Shown here in pieces: positions 48,601 to 62,419 of a DNA stretch of 62,419 nucleotides. The notes below the pieces were generated by a model. The model searched no databases. It was given only the letters and a program-made list of their open reading frames with translations, and was not told the origin of the DNA. The DNA lies in contig CAZBPH010000001.1 in assembly GCA_964493645.1 (NCBI GenBank), positions 7,974-70,392 on the forward strand, written 5' to 3'. How positions within the stretch are numbered: position 1 is the first letter of the stretch; each line of letters opens with the position of its first letter. The translations under genes and the position numbers were made by a program. Origin of the DNA: an uncultured Heliobacteriaceae bacterium (GTDB lineage: Bacteria; Acidobacteriota; Blastocatellia; RBC074).

Positions 48601-51530
48601 CGATGAATAATAAAACGCAATCAGATTTGTGGAGGTATGGCATCAGCGGGGATCTGCCGATTGTGCTGGTCAGGATCAGCGTGGTCGCCGACCTGGAGAT
48701 GGTGCGGCAGATTCTGCATGCCCATGAATATCTGCGTTTCAAAGGATTGCCTTTTGACCTGGTCATCCTCAATGACCATCCGCCGAGCTACCTCCAGACG
48801 TTGCAGGATGACATTCAGCTGCTCATACGTTCGGCGGGCTTCCAGGCTTTGCAGGACGAACCCGGCGGGGTTTTCGTGCGCCGCGCGGACATCATGCCGG
48901 ATGAAGATAAGATTCTGTTACATACTGTTGCGCGCGTCGTCATCGTCACCGAACGCGGCACTCTCGAAGAACAGCTCGCGCGGCGTCCGGTTGAAGACAA
49001 CAAACCGCCGCCTCCATTCGCGCCTCGCCTCACTCCGCGTTCTTACCCGGACGGGCCGGCGGTCAGCATCTCCGATCCGCAATTTTACAATGGTTTGGGT
49101 GGATTTGTTCGGGAAGGGCGTGAGTACGTGACGGTGCTGAACGAAGGGCTGTGGACGCCTGCGCCCTGGTTGAACGTCATCGCCAACTCTCCGGGATTCG
49201 GTTTTCAAGTGACGGAGTCGGGCGCGGGATACACATGGTCCGTCAACAGCCGTGAGAACCGCTTGACGCCGTGGTCGAACGACGCGGTGAGTGATCCGCC
49301 CGGTGAAACGATCTACCTGCGCGATGAAGAGACCGGGACTGTCTGGACGCCGACGCCGTTGCCGATCCGCGATGATCAAGCATATGTCGTCAGGCATGGC
49401 CAGGGCTACTCGACATTTGAACACACCAGTCATGGTATCTCGCAAGAGTTATTGGTATTTACGCCGCTCGATGCGCCGGTGAAGATTTCCAGATTGCGTT
49501 TGCATAATGCGGACGACCGGCGCCGTCGCATTTCAGTCACCACATATAATGAACTCGTGCTCGGCGTGACACGTGAAAAGTCCGCGCCGTTCATCGTCAC
49601 CGAACTCGACCAGCAGTCCGGTGCTACATTTGCGCGCAACGCATACAATAATGAATTCGCCAATCGCGTGGTATTCAATGCAATGAATCCATCGCCCTCG
49701 AGCGCAACCTGTGACCGCAAATCCTTCCTTGGACGCAACGGTAATCCAGAGCGTCCGGCGGCGCTCGGTCGCTCGCGTCTGGATAATCGTTTCGGCGCCG
49801 GACTCGATCCGTGCACGGCGATGCAAACCACCATCGAACTTGCGCCGGGCGAGTCTCACGAAGTGATCGTTCTGCTCGGAGAGAGCGAGACCGTGTTGAA
49901 TGCGCGCGAATTGGTTGCGCATTACCGCGAACCGTCAGCGGTCAATGAGGCATTCGACCGGGTCGTGGAGTACTGGGACGAGACGCTGTCGAGCATCGAA
50001 GTCCGCACGCCCGATGCTGCAATGAACCTCATGCTCAATCGCTGGTTGTTGTATCAAACGCTCGCCTGCCGCGTCATGGCTCGCTCGGCGTTCTATCAAT
50101 CGGGTGGCGCTTACGGCTTTCGCGATCAATTGCAAGACGTGATGGCGCTGGTTTATGCCAGACCGGAGCTGGCTCGCGCTCAGATAATGCTGGCCGCCGC
50201 GCATCAGTTCAAAGAAGGCGACGTGCAACACTGGTGGCATCAGCCGACAGGCCGCGGCGTCCGCACACGTATCTCGGACGATCTGCTGTGGCTGCCCTAC
50301 GTCGCGAACTTTTACACTCGCGTAACCGGTGATGTCTCAATCCTTGACGAGATAGTCCCGTTTATCGAAGCCCCGCTGCTTGCTGAAGGCGAAGACGATG
50401 CGTATCTGCAGCCACAAATTTCATCCGAGCAGGCCACCATTTATGAGCACTGCCTGCGTGCGATTGACCGCAGTCTGGCGACGGGCGAGCACGGCCTGCC
50501 ATTGATGGGAGCGGGCGATTGGAACGACGGCATGAACCTCGTCGGCCATGGCGGCAGAGGTGAAAGCGTGTGGCTCGGCTGGTTCCTGCACGCCACCCTT
50601 GAAGGATTCACTCGCTTCTGCGATCAGCGCAACGATCAGAAACGCGCCGCGCCATATCGCGCACATATGTTGCGATTGAGGACTGCGCTTGAGAACGCAT
50701 GGGACGGCGAATGGTACACCCGGGCATATTTCGATGACGGCATGCCACTCGGTTCGGCGCGGAACGATGAGTGTCGTATCGATTCCATCGCGCAATCGTG
50801 GGCGGTCATCTCTGGCGCTGCGGATAAACAACGAGCGGCGCAGGCGATGGCTGCTGTCGAAAAACATCTGATCCGGCGGAAAGATGGTCTGGTCATGCTT
50901 TTTACGCCGCCGTTCGATCAGGGCGAGCGTGATCCCGGTTATATCAAAGGCTACGTTCCGGGCGTCCGTGAGAACGGCGGGCAGTACACTCACGCGGCGG
51001 TTTGGACGTTGATCGCGTACGCCATGCTCGGAGACGGCGATCGCGCCGGTGAGTTATTCGCGATGCTCAACCCGATCAATCATGCTTCGAGCCGCACCGG
51101 CCTGAATAAGTATCGCGTCGAACCATATGTCATGCCGGGCGACATCTATGCCGTAGCGCCTCATACCGGGCGTGGCGGGTGGACCTGGTACACAGGCTCA
51201 GCGGCCTGGATGTACCGCGCCGGAATTGAATCGATTCTCGGCTTTCAACTGAGCGGCGATCGATTACGGATTGATCCCTGTATCCCGAGTGCGTGGCCTG
51301 GGTTTGAAATCACTTATCGTCACGGCTCGAGCCGCTATCAGATCAAGGTTGAAAATCCGCACGGCCTTTGTCGCGGAGTCATAAAGCTGGAAGTCGACGG
51401 GAATGTACAGCAATCGACCGAAATCGTTTTGTCCGACGACGCACAACATCACCACGTGCGAGTGCTTCTCGGTCAAACGCCAACAGAAGGTCCAGCTCAT
51501 GTGACCGCACCTGAGGAGGCTCGTCGCTGA
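42603..51530 (+). CDS. Cyclic beta-1,2-glucan synthase homologue (NdvB/ChvB/Cgs family: GT84 domain, membrane segments, C-terminal GH94-like phosphorylase domain)
   Basis: The ORF is about 2975 aa. The track start at 42594 is TTG, and the first ATG is at 42603. It has the family N-terminus EEPIREELFSVERLEQYA, the GT motif ITLDSDTQLPRDAARKLV, QRHRWTRGDWQ, hydrophobic TM blocks before and after the GT domain, and the GH94-type RENGGQYTHAAVW near the C-terminus. Confidence 0.88.
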   Translation: MKRINISNDNLFKLSSNIPTWIDEEPIREELFSVERLEQYAAIQAAECHISERPHRGKLLLPRFEDNGRQLIAAYRLLAEAAFQGQGISPAAEWLVDNFHVVEEQLRQIRVDLPKSYYYQLPKLSAGEMRGYPRIYSIALTIIARTDSRFDGHTLERYIRAYQQVTPLTIGELWATPITLRLALIENLRRLTARVVASRKEREEADKIADNLLASTDSQQGVVTAGLIRQLEERKQTGRAFVVQLMQRLRDQDPDVAPLVEWLEHEVQRQGLSIDQAVQIEHQRQATAQVTVGNIMTSMKLLSTFDWLKFVESVSLIEPILGTDPTGTYLQMDFATRDRYRHTIERIARRTRSSELDVARRAVELAKHSQARDPHDISRAHIGRYLIDDGLAELEREVKYRPRTTERVRRIALNHPTFVYFSVFTLLTGTILTLLLFFSDRAGATSLDLITVALMALIPAADLAVSLLNWSVTHVFAPHVLPKMNAEAETPLEARTMIVMPTMLTSEAVVTGLIEKLEVHYLANQDPQFYFALLTDFADAPTEERPDDGVLLEAALDGIERLNARYAAVDETGRFFLFHRRRQWNESEEKWIGWERKRGKLEEFNHLLRGDTNTSFVVANADPELLASIRYVITLDSDTQLPRDAARKLVATIRHPLNHAQFDPISRRVVRGYGILQPRVSVKLESGAGSRFARIFSGNTGIDPYSTAASDVYQDLFAEGSFIGKGLYDVDAFQAALEGRVPDNSLLSHDLFEGLYARTALVSDIELLDDHPARYDTYAKRQHRWTRGDWQIARWLLPSVPNYQGKPELNSLPLISRWKIFDNLRRSLVAPSLLLWLVGAWMLLPGSALWWTLFALVVVSFPVYAHVTTSLFSHPRGVPWTSYFRRVWDDLGTNTKQVALTVIFLPHQAWLMLDAIVRVAYRKLVSHKRLLEWVTAEQAEQETRHALGSFWRLMYPVTLFTTIVTILVIAVRPHALWFAVPFLIGWAMSPLLAHFVSGAGRSLKELNRNLSVEDRRTMRMISRRTWRFFETFVGDHDNWLPPDNFQEDPSPVIAHRTSPTNIGLLMLSTIAARDFGYLGLLETVERLELTIATLGKLEKFQGHLFNWYNTTTLEPLTPRYLSTVDSGNLAAHLIAVKQAMIDIPDQKLFDSNLIEGLADTLMLLREEAKRIDTIKGQTQVVTIRQLNREIGVCVELVEKMRKTPENIDDMSLWARFFDNLAAHADEVKDIAQALEQEQGQNSAELFAEFHFWIAALLNQLRAARRDFNILVSWNASLVGHLTPLIEHAAPQFVERWQEVAELFNLVPTAGEIDERCAGALDRIKSLSAELASLETPERDALFAGLDTLTTSIETTARAAAELVKRTGAIADSCDGIVEAMDFRFLFDEARRLFVIGYNVLDGRRDDSFYDLLASESRLASLIAIAKGDIPQENWFRLGRQLTQLDGSGRALVSWTATMFEYLMPLLVTRDYPETLLDQTCKAVVARQIAYGRETGVPWGISESAYNARDLQFNYQYGPFGVPGLGLKRGLSEDLVIAPYATALAAMIAPHAALQNMQRLTQAGALSRYGFYEAIDYTAERLPKNQSRVVIHSFMAHHQGMSLVALDNVLHNDLMQNRFHADPLIQATELLLQERIPQGAPIARFRDEEVSMSRVANTLTAPLAVSYDSPGLPTPRTQLISNGAYSVMVTSAGAGYSTCGNQTETRWAVTRWREDVTRDNWGSFCYVRDVHSGAIWSTCYQPVATGRIPPSYEATFTEDRAVFKRLDSGIMTQTDIVVSPEDNAEVRCVTLTNRSTRVREIELTSYAEIVLATPAADVAHPAFSNLFIETEFIVEEASLIARRRPRSPNDMPVYAVHAIVTEGEAVGAVQFETSRQRFLGRGRDMRAPLAVTEDRPLSNTVGAVLDPIFSLRQRVLLQPNETARVTFSTAVAHSREHILMLADKYHDVNIFERVERLAWTKAQIEMRHFNITPFEAHLFQRLAGRIFYSDNSLRPQSNVLAMNNKTQSDLWRYGISGDLPIVLVRISVVADLEMVRQILHAHEYLRFKGLPFDLVILNDHPPSYLQTLQDDIQLLIRSAGFQALQDEPGGVFVRRADIMPDEDKILLHTVARVVIVTERGTLEEQLARRPVEDNKPPPPFAPRLTPRSYPDGPAVSISDPQFYNGLGGFVREGREYVTVLNEGLWTPAPWLNVIANSPGFGFQVTESGAGYTWSVNSRENRLTPWSNDAVSDPPGETIYLRDEETGTVWTPTPLPIRDDQAYVVRHGQGYSTFEHTSHGISQELLVFTPLDAPVKISRLRLHNADDRRRRISVTTYNELVLGVTREKSAPFIVTELDQQSGATFARNAYNNEFANRVVFNAMNPSPSSATCDRKSFLGRNGNPERPAALGRSRLDNRFGAGLDPCTAMQTTIELAPGESHEVIVLLGESETVLNARELVAHYREPSAVNEAFDRVVEYWDETLSSIEVRTPDAAMNLMLNRWLLYQTLACRVMARSAFYQSGGAYGFRDQLQDVMALVYARPELARAQIMLAAAHQFKEGDVQHWWHQPTGRGVRTRISDDLLWLPYVANFYTRVTGDVSILDEIVPFIEAPLLAEGEDDAYLQPQISSEQATIYEHCLRAIDRSLATGEHGLPLMGAGDWNDGMNLVGHGGRGESVWLGWFLHATLEGFTRFCDQRNDQKRAAPYRAHMLRLRTALENAWDGEWYTRAYFDDGMPLGSARNDECRIDSIAQSWAVISGAADKQRAAQAMAAVEKHLIRRKDGLVMLFTPPFDQGERDPGYIKGYVPGVRENGGQYTHAAVWTLIAYAMLGDGDRAGELFAMLNPINHASSRTGLNKYRVEPYVMPGDIYAVAPHTGRGGWTWYTGSAAWMYRAGIESILGFQLSGDRLRIDPCIPSAWPGFEITYRHGSSRYQIKVENPHGLCRGVIKLEVDGNVQQSTEIVLSDDAQHHHVRVLLGQTPTEGPAHVTAPEEARR

Positions 51531-51531
51531 A

Positions 51532-53295
<1,764 letters not shown>

Positions 53296-53567
53296 CGAAT
53301 CGTCTCCCCGTTATTAGCATTTGACCGATTTAGCGTGAATCATATTATTACGATTGTCCCTGAAAAATATAATTGCTTTTTGGAAACGGTTGTTTTATCC
53401 TCCTGCCGGTCGTGAACCTCATACAACAGTTTTGGCTTATTCCGGCATTGGAAGCCTGACTTTTCTCGACTACAGGTGCCAACCTAGAACTTCAGTCATT
53501 TATATCTGCCCCAATTCTGGCTTTCAAGACAGCCTATGTCTATTGGACATGGTAAAGGAGCGTCTAT

Positions 53568-55322
53568 ATGAGCAATCGATCGCCCATTGAACCGCCGACG
53601 GGTAATATTTCGTCTACGGCTACACAAACCACACACGAAGAATCAAAAAAAACCTCCCCTCAAGGTGTTTCAACCGGTCGTCGCAAATTCCTGGGCAGAG
53701 TCGGTGCAGCCGGCGCCGCAACTATTGCCGCGGGAATGACCGGCCAGCCAGCCCTGGCCCAGTTCCCGGGAAACAAACAGGGTGTTTGCGAGGAACCGAA
53801 TTTCACTAATGGCGTAGAGCCGTGGGATATGTCGGCCAACCGGTACATGAAAGCATACAGGTGCCGGATCGAGGCTGCGAAGATAGCGCAGAGAAGACCA
53901 CTGGTTTATCACCTTTCAAATGGAGATGACGAGCGGTATCCAAACAGAATTGGCAGTTATTCAAAAGGGCTGCCTCATAACCAACTTGGTGAAGTTGATA
54001 ACACGGCCTATTCAACCCTGGTGACGGCACGAACGACACGCAACCCCAATGAATTCGAGAATATCCAGCTTGGCCTTGGTCGCAAGCTGACCAGCCCGCA
54101 GGCGGGCATGGCGATGGATCTGGAAGGGCCGGATTCGCATCACGTGACCTTGCCGCCCCCGCCGGCATTTAGCAGCGCCGAAGAAGCGGGCGAGGCGGTC
54201 GAGGTCTACTGGATGGCTCTTGCGCGTGACGTCAACTTCACGGACTATGCCACGGATCCGATCATCGCGCGTGCGGCACAGGAACTATCGAGACTTTCGG
54301 ATTTCCGCGGGCCGAAAGAGGCCGGCCGCGTGACTCCCAACACGATCTTCCGTAACAGCACGCCGGGTGATTTGAATGGCCCGTGGCTCTCGCAGTTTTT
54401 GACCCTCGACTTCTCATTCGGAGCCAACCCTTTTTCACAGCGGATGAAGACAATCCTTCCCGGCGTTGACTACATGACGAGGTATCAGGACTGGCTCGAT
54501 GTGCAGAACGGGGCTGATCCGACCGCCAACATTCAATACGATCCGACTCCGCGCTACATACGCAACTTGCGAGACCTGTCGCAATGGGTGCATGTCGATG
54601 CGCTCTATCAGGCATACCTGCAAGCCTGTCTAATCCTGCTGGAACAGGGGACTCGAATCGATCCGGGGCTGCCGCTCTATGATTCCACTGTCCAGGCAGG
54701 GTTCGCGCAGTGCGGCGGGCCGCATATCCTGAGCCTGGTGACTGAAGTGGCGACCCGCGCGCTCAAGGCTGTGTGGTATCAGAAATGGTTCGTTCATCAT
54801 CGACTGAGACCTGAAGAGTATGGCGGACGCGTGCACAATATGATGTCGCGCGCGGCGAGCTACCCGCTGCATCCTGACGTTCTGAACTCGCAAGCCGTGG
54901 CCGAGACTTTCAGCAGGAACGGCACCTATCTGCTGCCGATGGCCTTCGCTGAAGGCTCTCCGACGCATCCGTCTTATGGTTCGGGCCATGCGACGGTCGC
55001 CGGGGCCTGCGTCACGGCGCTCAAGGCGTTCTTCGACGAGACGGATATCGTCAGAAACCCGATGGTGCCGAATGCAGACGGCACCGCGCTCGTTCCGTAT
55101 GACGGTCCGCCGCTGACCGTCGGAGGCGAACTCAACAAGGTCGCTTCGAATATCGCCAATGGTCGCAATGGCGCCGGAGTTCACTGGCGAACCGACGCCG
55201 TCAATTCACTGAGGCTCGGTGAAGCAGTCGTCATCGGCATCCTCGAGGAACAGAAGACCACATACAATGACAACGTCAAAATGACGCTGACGAAATTCGA
55301 CGGCACGCAGATTACCATCTGA
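53568..55322 (+). CDS. Tat-exported vanadium-dependent haloperoxidase-like protein (PAP2 superfamily)
   Basis: 584-aa ORF with AAAGGAG RBS and twin-arginine signal GRRKFLGRVGAAGAATIAAGMTGQPALA. All three PAP2/VHPO signatures are present: QKWFVHHRLRPEEY, HPSYGSGHATVAG and GRNGAGVHWRTD. Confidence 0.75.
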   Translation: MSNRSPIEPPTGNISSTATQTTHEESKKTSPQGVSTGRRKFLGRVGAAGAATIAAGMTGQPALAQFPGNKQGVCEEPNFTNGVEPWDMSANRYMKAYRCRIEAAKIAQRRPLVYHLSNGDDERYPNRIGSYSKGLPHNQLGEVDNTAYSTLVTARTTRNPNEFENIQLGLGRKLTSPQAGMAMDLEGPDSHHVTLPPPPAFSSAEEAGEAVEVYWMALARDVNFTDYATDPIIARAAQELSRLSDFRGPKEAGRVTPNTIFRNSTPGDLNGPWLSQFLTLDFSFGANPFSQRMKTILPGVDYMTRYQDWLDVQNGADPTANIQYDPTPRYIRNLRDLSQWVHVDALYQAYLQACLILLEQGTRIDPGLPLYDSTVQAGFAQCGGPHILSLVTEVATRALKAVWYQKWFVHHRLRPEEYGGRVHNMMSRAASYPLHPDVLNSQAVAETFSRNGTYLLPMAFAEGSPTHPSYGSGHATVAGACVTALKAFFDETDIVRNPMVPNADGTALVPYDGPPLTVGGELNKVASNIANGRNGAGVHWRTDAVNSLRLGEAVVIGILEEQKTTYNDNVKMTLTKFDGTQITI

Positions 55323-55351
55323 AAACAATAAACAGCGTTATCCAATCAATC

Positions 55352-55387
55352 CGCCCGTTGAACAGACGTTCAACGGGCGACTTTTTT
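55352..55387 (+). terminator. Rho-independent terminator after the haloperoxidase-like gene
   Basis: Perfect 12-bp stem CGCCCGTTGAAC (55352-55363) and GTTCAACGGGCG (55368-55379) with a 4-nt loop, followed by ACTTTTTT (T-tract 55382-55387). The T-tract overlaps the stop codon of the convergent SDR gene. Confidence 0.8.
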
Positions 55388-56171
55388 ACAGCGTCCTCAG
55401 GTGAAAGCCGCCGTCCACGTTGATCACCTCGCCAGTCGAGTATGGCAGGTCTCCGCGCGCGATGGACGCGACGGCGCGCCCTATGTCGGATGGCTCTCCC
55501 CAGCGGCGAATCGGCCATGCGCCCTGAGAGATGAGTTTATCGTATTTCTCCTTCACGCCGGCTGTCATATCCGTGGCGATGACTCCGGGCCGTATTTCGT
55601 ATACGTTGATGCCGAACCCGGCCAGCCTCGCCGCATATAGTTTCGTCATCATCGCCAGCCCGGCTTTGGCGACACAGTAATCTCCACGATTGACCGATGC
55701 CGTGTATGCCGAAATCGATGAGATCGTGACAATCCGCGGTAGACCGAATGCATTGACATCGCTTCCACGCACCTGCTCGATCATCAGTCGCGCCACGCGC
55801 TGAGTCAGAAAATACGGCCCCTTCAAATTGATCTTGATCAGGCGGTCGAACGATTCCTCGCCAGCTTCGAGCAGATCATCGCGCACGCTCGGAGCGACGC
55901 CGGCGTTATTGACCAACAGGTCAATGCGACCATAAGCCGCAAGCGTCTCATCGACCAGGCGCTCACGGTCTTCGGTCGACGAGACATCGGCTCGGACCGT
56001 GATACCGTCGCCTCCTTCCTCGCGCACCAGTTGCAGGCACTCCCCGGCCGCATCCATATTGCCGGCATAGTTGATGACCACGGCATGGCCCAGCCTGGCC
56101 AATTCAAGTGCGATCCCACGCCCGATGCCGCGCCCCGCTCCAGTCACTAGTGATACCGGTCTGTTGTTCAT
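55386..56171 (-). CDS. Short-chain dehydrogenase/reductase (SDR) family oxidoreductase
   Basis: 261-aa ORF with [12 protein letters not shown] (the TGxxxGxG motif), NNAG and Y..CVAK (YxxxK). Its ATG overlaps the GH88 stop (ATGA, 56168-56171). Confidence 0.85.
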   Translation of the reverse strand: MNNRPVSLVTGAGRGIGRGIALELARLGHAVVINYAGNMDAAGECLQLVREEGGDGITVRADVSSTEDRERLVDETLAAYGRIDLLVNNAGVAPSVRDDLLEAGEESFDRLIKINLKGPYFLTQRVARLMIEQVRGSDVNAFGLPRIVTISSISAYTASVNRGDYCVAKAGLAMMTKLYAARLAGFGINVYEIRPGVIATDMTAGVKEKYDKLISQGAWPIRRWGEPSDIGRAVASIARGDLPYSTGEVINVDGGFHLRTL

Positions 56172-57436
56172 CTCTCAGTCTCCGGAGCAGGCAGATCCTC
56201 CTCTGTCGGACCGTCCTTCCATGTTCTCGCCGTCGCGGGCAGCGAATCTTCAGGGTAAGACGTCACAATTCCCCGCGGCGGTTCCGCTCCAAGCGCTGTC
56301 AACGCCTTATCCAATGCCTCGACAAAGAAATATTCGCCGAACATGACTGCCTCGTGCACGCCCAGATTTTTGTGGATGTGGTATACGCCGCCGTTCAATA
56401 TGCCTTCGAATCCGGATGTATGTTTGCCCAGATACTTTTGCGAAAGCGTGACGAGCGAAGTGAGAGCGAAATCGCGATAAGCCCGTGCCCGTGTGCGGTC
56501 CGGGACCAAGTCGGCGAGGTCCAGCAGCCCGGATGCCGCAATTGCGCATGCGGAGGTGTCCACCTGAGTCCGTGCCAGCGGGCCGCTTTCGGGCGCGTCG
56601 TAGTCCCACGGCGTCACCCCGTCCGCTGGCGTGTGCTCAAGGTAGTAATCAGCGTTGAGCATCGCAGTCTCGAGATACTCAGCCTGCCCGGTCTGTTCAT
56701 ATGAACGTGTGAAACCATAGAGCGACCAGGCCAGGCCGCGGCTCCAGCAGGAATCGCCGCGGTAACCCTGATGTGTCGTTTGACGCAGGCACTCGCCCGT
56801 CCCGAGATCGAAGATCGCTTCGTGCGATGTCGATCCGTCGCCTCGCACAATCGTTCGCCGCGTCGTCTGACAATGTCGATCCGCGATGTCCAGCAAATGT
56901 CTGTCTCCGGTCTCGATGCCGGCATGAAAGATCGTTCCGACATTCATCATTATGTCGATGAAGAGCGAGGCAGGCTCAACGAAAGAGCGCAGGTACTGCC
57001 CCTTCTCCATGAATCGCATCGCCATCGTCCTGCCCGCCTGAACGAGCACCGGGTTGATGCGCTCCTCGGGACCACCCAGTTCCAGCCAGCGCAGGTATGT
57101 TGAAAAAAAGAGGAAGCCCAGGTCATGCACTGCGCGATCGTATTGACGCTCTTCGAGCGGCGTAGCGTATGAAATGGCCTTATCAAGCCACCAGTCATCA
57201 CCCGTCGCCCCGGCGAAGATAAACATCATTCCCGGATAAAAACCGTCGCACCAGTGCGTCCACCTCTTGCGGTCCTGGCCGAACTTCCCATCCAACGTAT
57301 ACATCGGATAGTAATCGGACGGGTATTTCTCAAGCAGCGTCCTGACCTGTCCCTGTGCAAAATCGAAAGCATCATCTAGCGTGGCGCGGACAGCCTCCCG
57401 CTCGTGCATCGTTCCTGGCATTTCACTATCCTCCAT
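56168..57436 (-). CDS. GH88-family unsaturated glucuronyl hydrolase-like protein (cytoplasmic)
   Basis: 422-aa ORF with [38 protein letters not shown], which matches the GH88 core motif. No signal peptide. Confidence 0.8.
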   Translation of the reverse strand: MEDSEMPGTMHEREAVRATLDDAFDFAQGQVRTLLEKYPSDYYPMYTLDGKFGQDRKRWTHWCDGFYPGMMFIFAGATGDDWWLDKAISYATPLEERQYDRAVHDLGFLFFSTYLRWLELGGPEERINPVLVQAGRTMAMRFMEKGQYLRSFVEPASLFIDIMMNVGTIFHAGIETGDRHLLDIADRHCQTTRRTIVRGDGSTSHEAIFDLGTGECLRQTTHQGYRGDSCWSRGLAWSLYGFTRSYEQTGQAEYLETAMLNADYYLEHTPADGVTPWDYDAPESGPLARTQVDTSACAIAASGLLDLADLVPDRTRARAYRDFALTSLVTLSQKYLGKHTSGFEGILNGGVYHIHKNLGVHEAVMFGEYFFVEALDKALTALGAEPPRGIVTSYPEDSLPATARTWKDGPTEEDLPAPETER

Positions 57437-57502
57437 TTTTCCGCGATTGATACGATTAATAAATTGATATTAAACGCCAAGGCGCCAGGATAGCCAAGAG
57501 TT

Positions 57503-57532
57503 TTGTCAGGGTTAAAATGGTATATGTATATT
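57503..57532 (+). promoter_or_regulatory. Possible sigma70-type promoter of the sigma54 activator gene
   Basis: TTGTCA (57503-57508), an 18-nt spacer and TATATT (57527-57532) lie about 40 nt upstream of the ATG at 57572. Confidence 0.3.
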
Positions 57533-57571
57533 TGATTGCACGATTAGCGAAGCTGATACATCATTTAGACT

Positions 57572-58786
<1,215 letters not shown>

Positions 58787-58805
58787 CGACATATAACGAG
58801 CTGGC

Positions 58806-58837
58806 GCGATATATCGCCAAAATGGCCATATATCGCC
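58806..58837. promoter_or_regulatory. Candidate upstream activator sequences (UAS) for the bEBP
   Basis: A perfect 12-bp palindrome GCGATATATCGC lies at 58806-58817. The 10-nt ATATATCGCC occurs at 58809-58818 and again at 58828-58837, a 19-bp offset. The sites are about 100-135 bp upstream of the -24 element. Confidence 0.45.
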
Positions 58838-58938
58838 ATCAATTATTTCAGCAAGCCAGGTTGCCGGTGGTAGATGAAAAAAAATTTCTCTAGCAGATTG
58901 AATAAGTTGACTCATCCAGTACGCACTATTTTTATCAG

Positions 58939-58954
58939 TGGCATTTAAATTGCT
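58939..58954 (+). promoter_or_regulatory. Sigma54 (-24/-12) promoter
   Basis: TGGCATTTAAATTGCT matches TGGCAC-N5-TTGCW with exact GG-N10-GC spacing. It is intergenic, on the same strand and about 160 nt upstream of the 85-aa ORF, directly downstream of a GAFTGA-containing activator gene. Confidence 0.7.
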
Positions 58955-59112
58955 TTGTAAAGACAAATATCGATCGAACCATCAAAACTCCACCAGAGAG
59001 TTTCCTTAGTTTTGCTGGGATGAGGAAATAGAGTACCACCACAACCGAACCGGTTTATGATCGCATGAACTTCGGCGGACCTTAATTTTTTGTTACCGGG
59101 AGATTCATTTTC

Positions 59113-59370
<258 letters not shown>

Positions 59371-59419
59371 AAAGATCTACCTGCCCACCTCTCTCAAAAA
59401 AATAAGGAGACCTTCCAAG

Positions 59420-62419
<3,000 letters not shown>

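Noticed and set aside
53296-53567. 272-nt AT-rich region upstream of the haloperoxidase-like gene, including the 78-aa ORF 53354-53590 and a TATAAT around 53370. It was considered as a possible sRNA, riboswitch or small gene.
   Set aside because: I could find no convincing -35 partner at proper spacing, no conserved-looking structure and no coding signature, so there is not enough evidence to call a feature.
57481-57496. Minus-strand TGGCTATCCTGGCGCC upstream of the GH88-SDR operon. It has correct GG-N10-GC spacing and might place that operon under the neighbouring activator.
   Set aside because: The -12 element reads GCGC rather than TTGC. I see no copy of the ATATATCGC palindrome upstream of it. 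It is kept only as a weak possibility to test by 5'-RACE.
57518-57540. TGGTAT...TTGCA in the activator's own upstream region, considered as a sigma54 promoter.
   Set aside because: The GG-to-GC distance is about 19 nt rather than 10, so it is incompatible with -24/-12 geometry. A sigma70-like TTGTCA-N18-TATATT fits better.
58874-58948. 24-aa ORF (MKKNFSSRLNKLTHPVRTIFISGI) and the antisense ORFs 58571-58966(-) and 58945-59175(-) in the activator/mini-protein intergenic region.
   Set aside because: They have no motifs and overlap the promoter and UAS elements or the 3' end of the activator gene. AT-rich sequence readily produces such short frames.

Overview
Densely coding 62.4-kb chromosomal segment with about 35 complete CDS and intergenic gaps mostly under 150 nt. 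I see no rRNA, tRNA, CRISPR array, transposase, integrase or prophage genes. The gene content includes two CarboxypepD_reg-type TonB-dependent receptors, several Tat-exported Gfo/Idh/MocA oxidoreductases, a DUF6807/PmoA-like protein, a DUF5107-TPR protein and tandem alpha/beta hydrolases. This suggests an Acidobacteriota-like soil bacterium, but that is inference only. Most of the window is a SusD-less glycan-utilisation landscape. It holds a ROK regulator, an M20 deacylase, a GH20-like enzyme, an APC permease, GH42 and GH42-like enzymes, a PL10 pectate lyase, a GH88, an SDR and several esterases. Other notable genes are a 2975-aa cyclic beta-1,2-glucan synthase homologue, a Tat-exported vanadium-haloperoxidase-like PAP2 protein, an ApbE-DoxX-oxidoreductase trio and a cNMP/CBS/DUF294 plus DEDDh exonuclease pair. 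The most unusual part is 57.5-62.4 kb. A sigma54 enhancer-binding protein there has only about 65 aa ahead of the AAA+ domain, and about 56 of these form an Asn-cored heptad coiled coil. Downstream lie palindromic candidate UAS elements and a well-spaced -24/-12 promoter (TGGCAT-N5-TTGCT). Next comes an 85-aa ORF built almost entirely of the same A-N-Q-x-x-I/L-x heptads, followed by a TonB-dependent receptor. I read this as a candidate, apparently undescribed PspF/PspA-like regulatory circuit that needs database and experimental checks. All family calls come from motifs read by eye; no searches were run.
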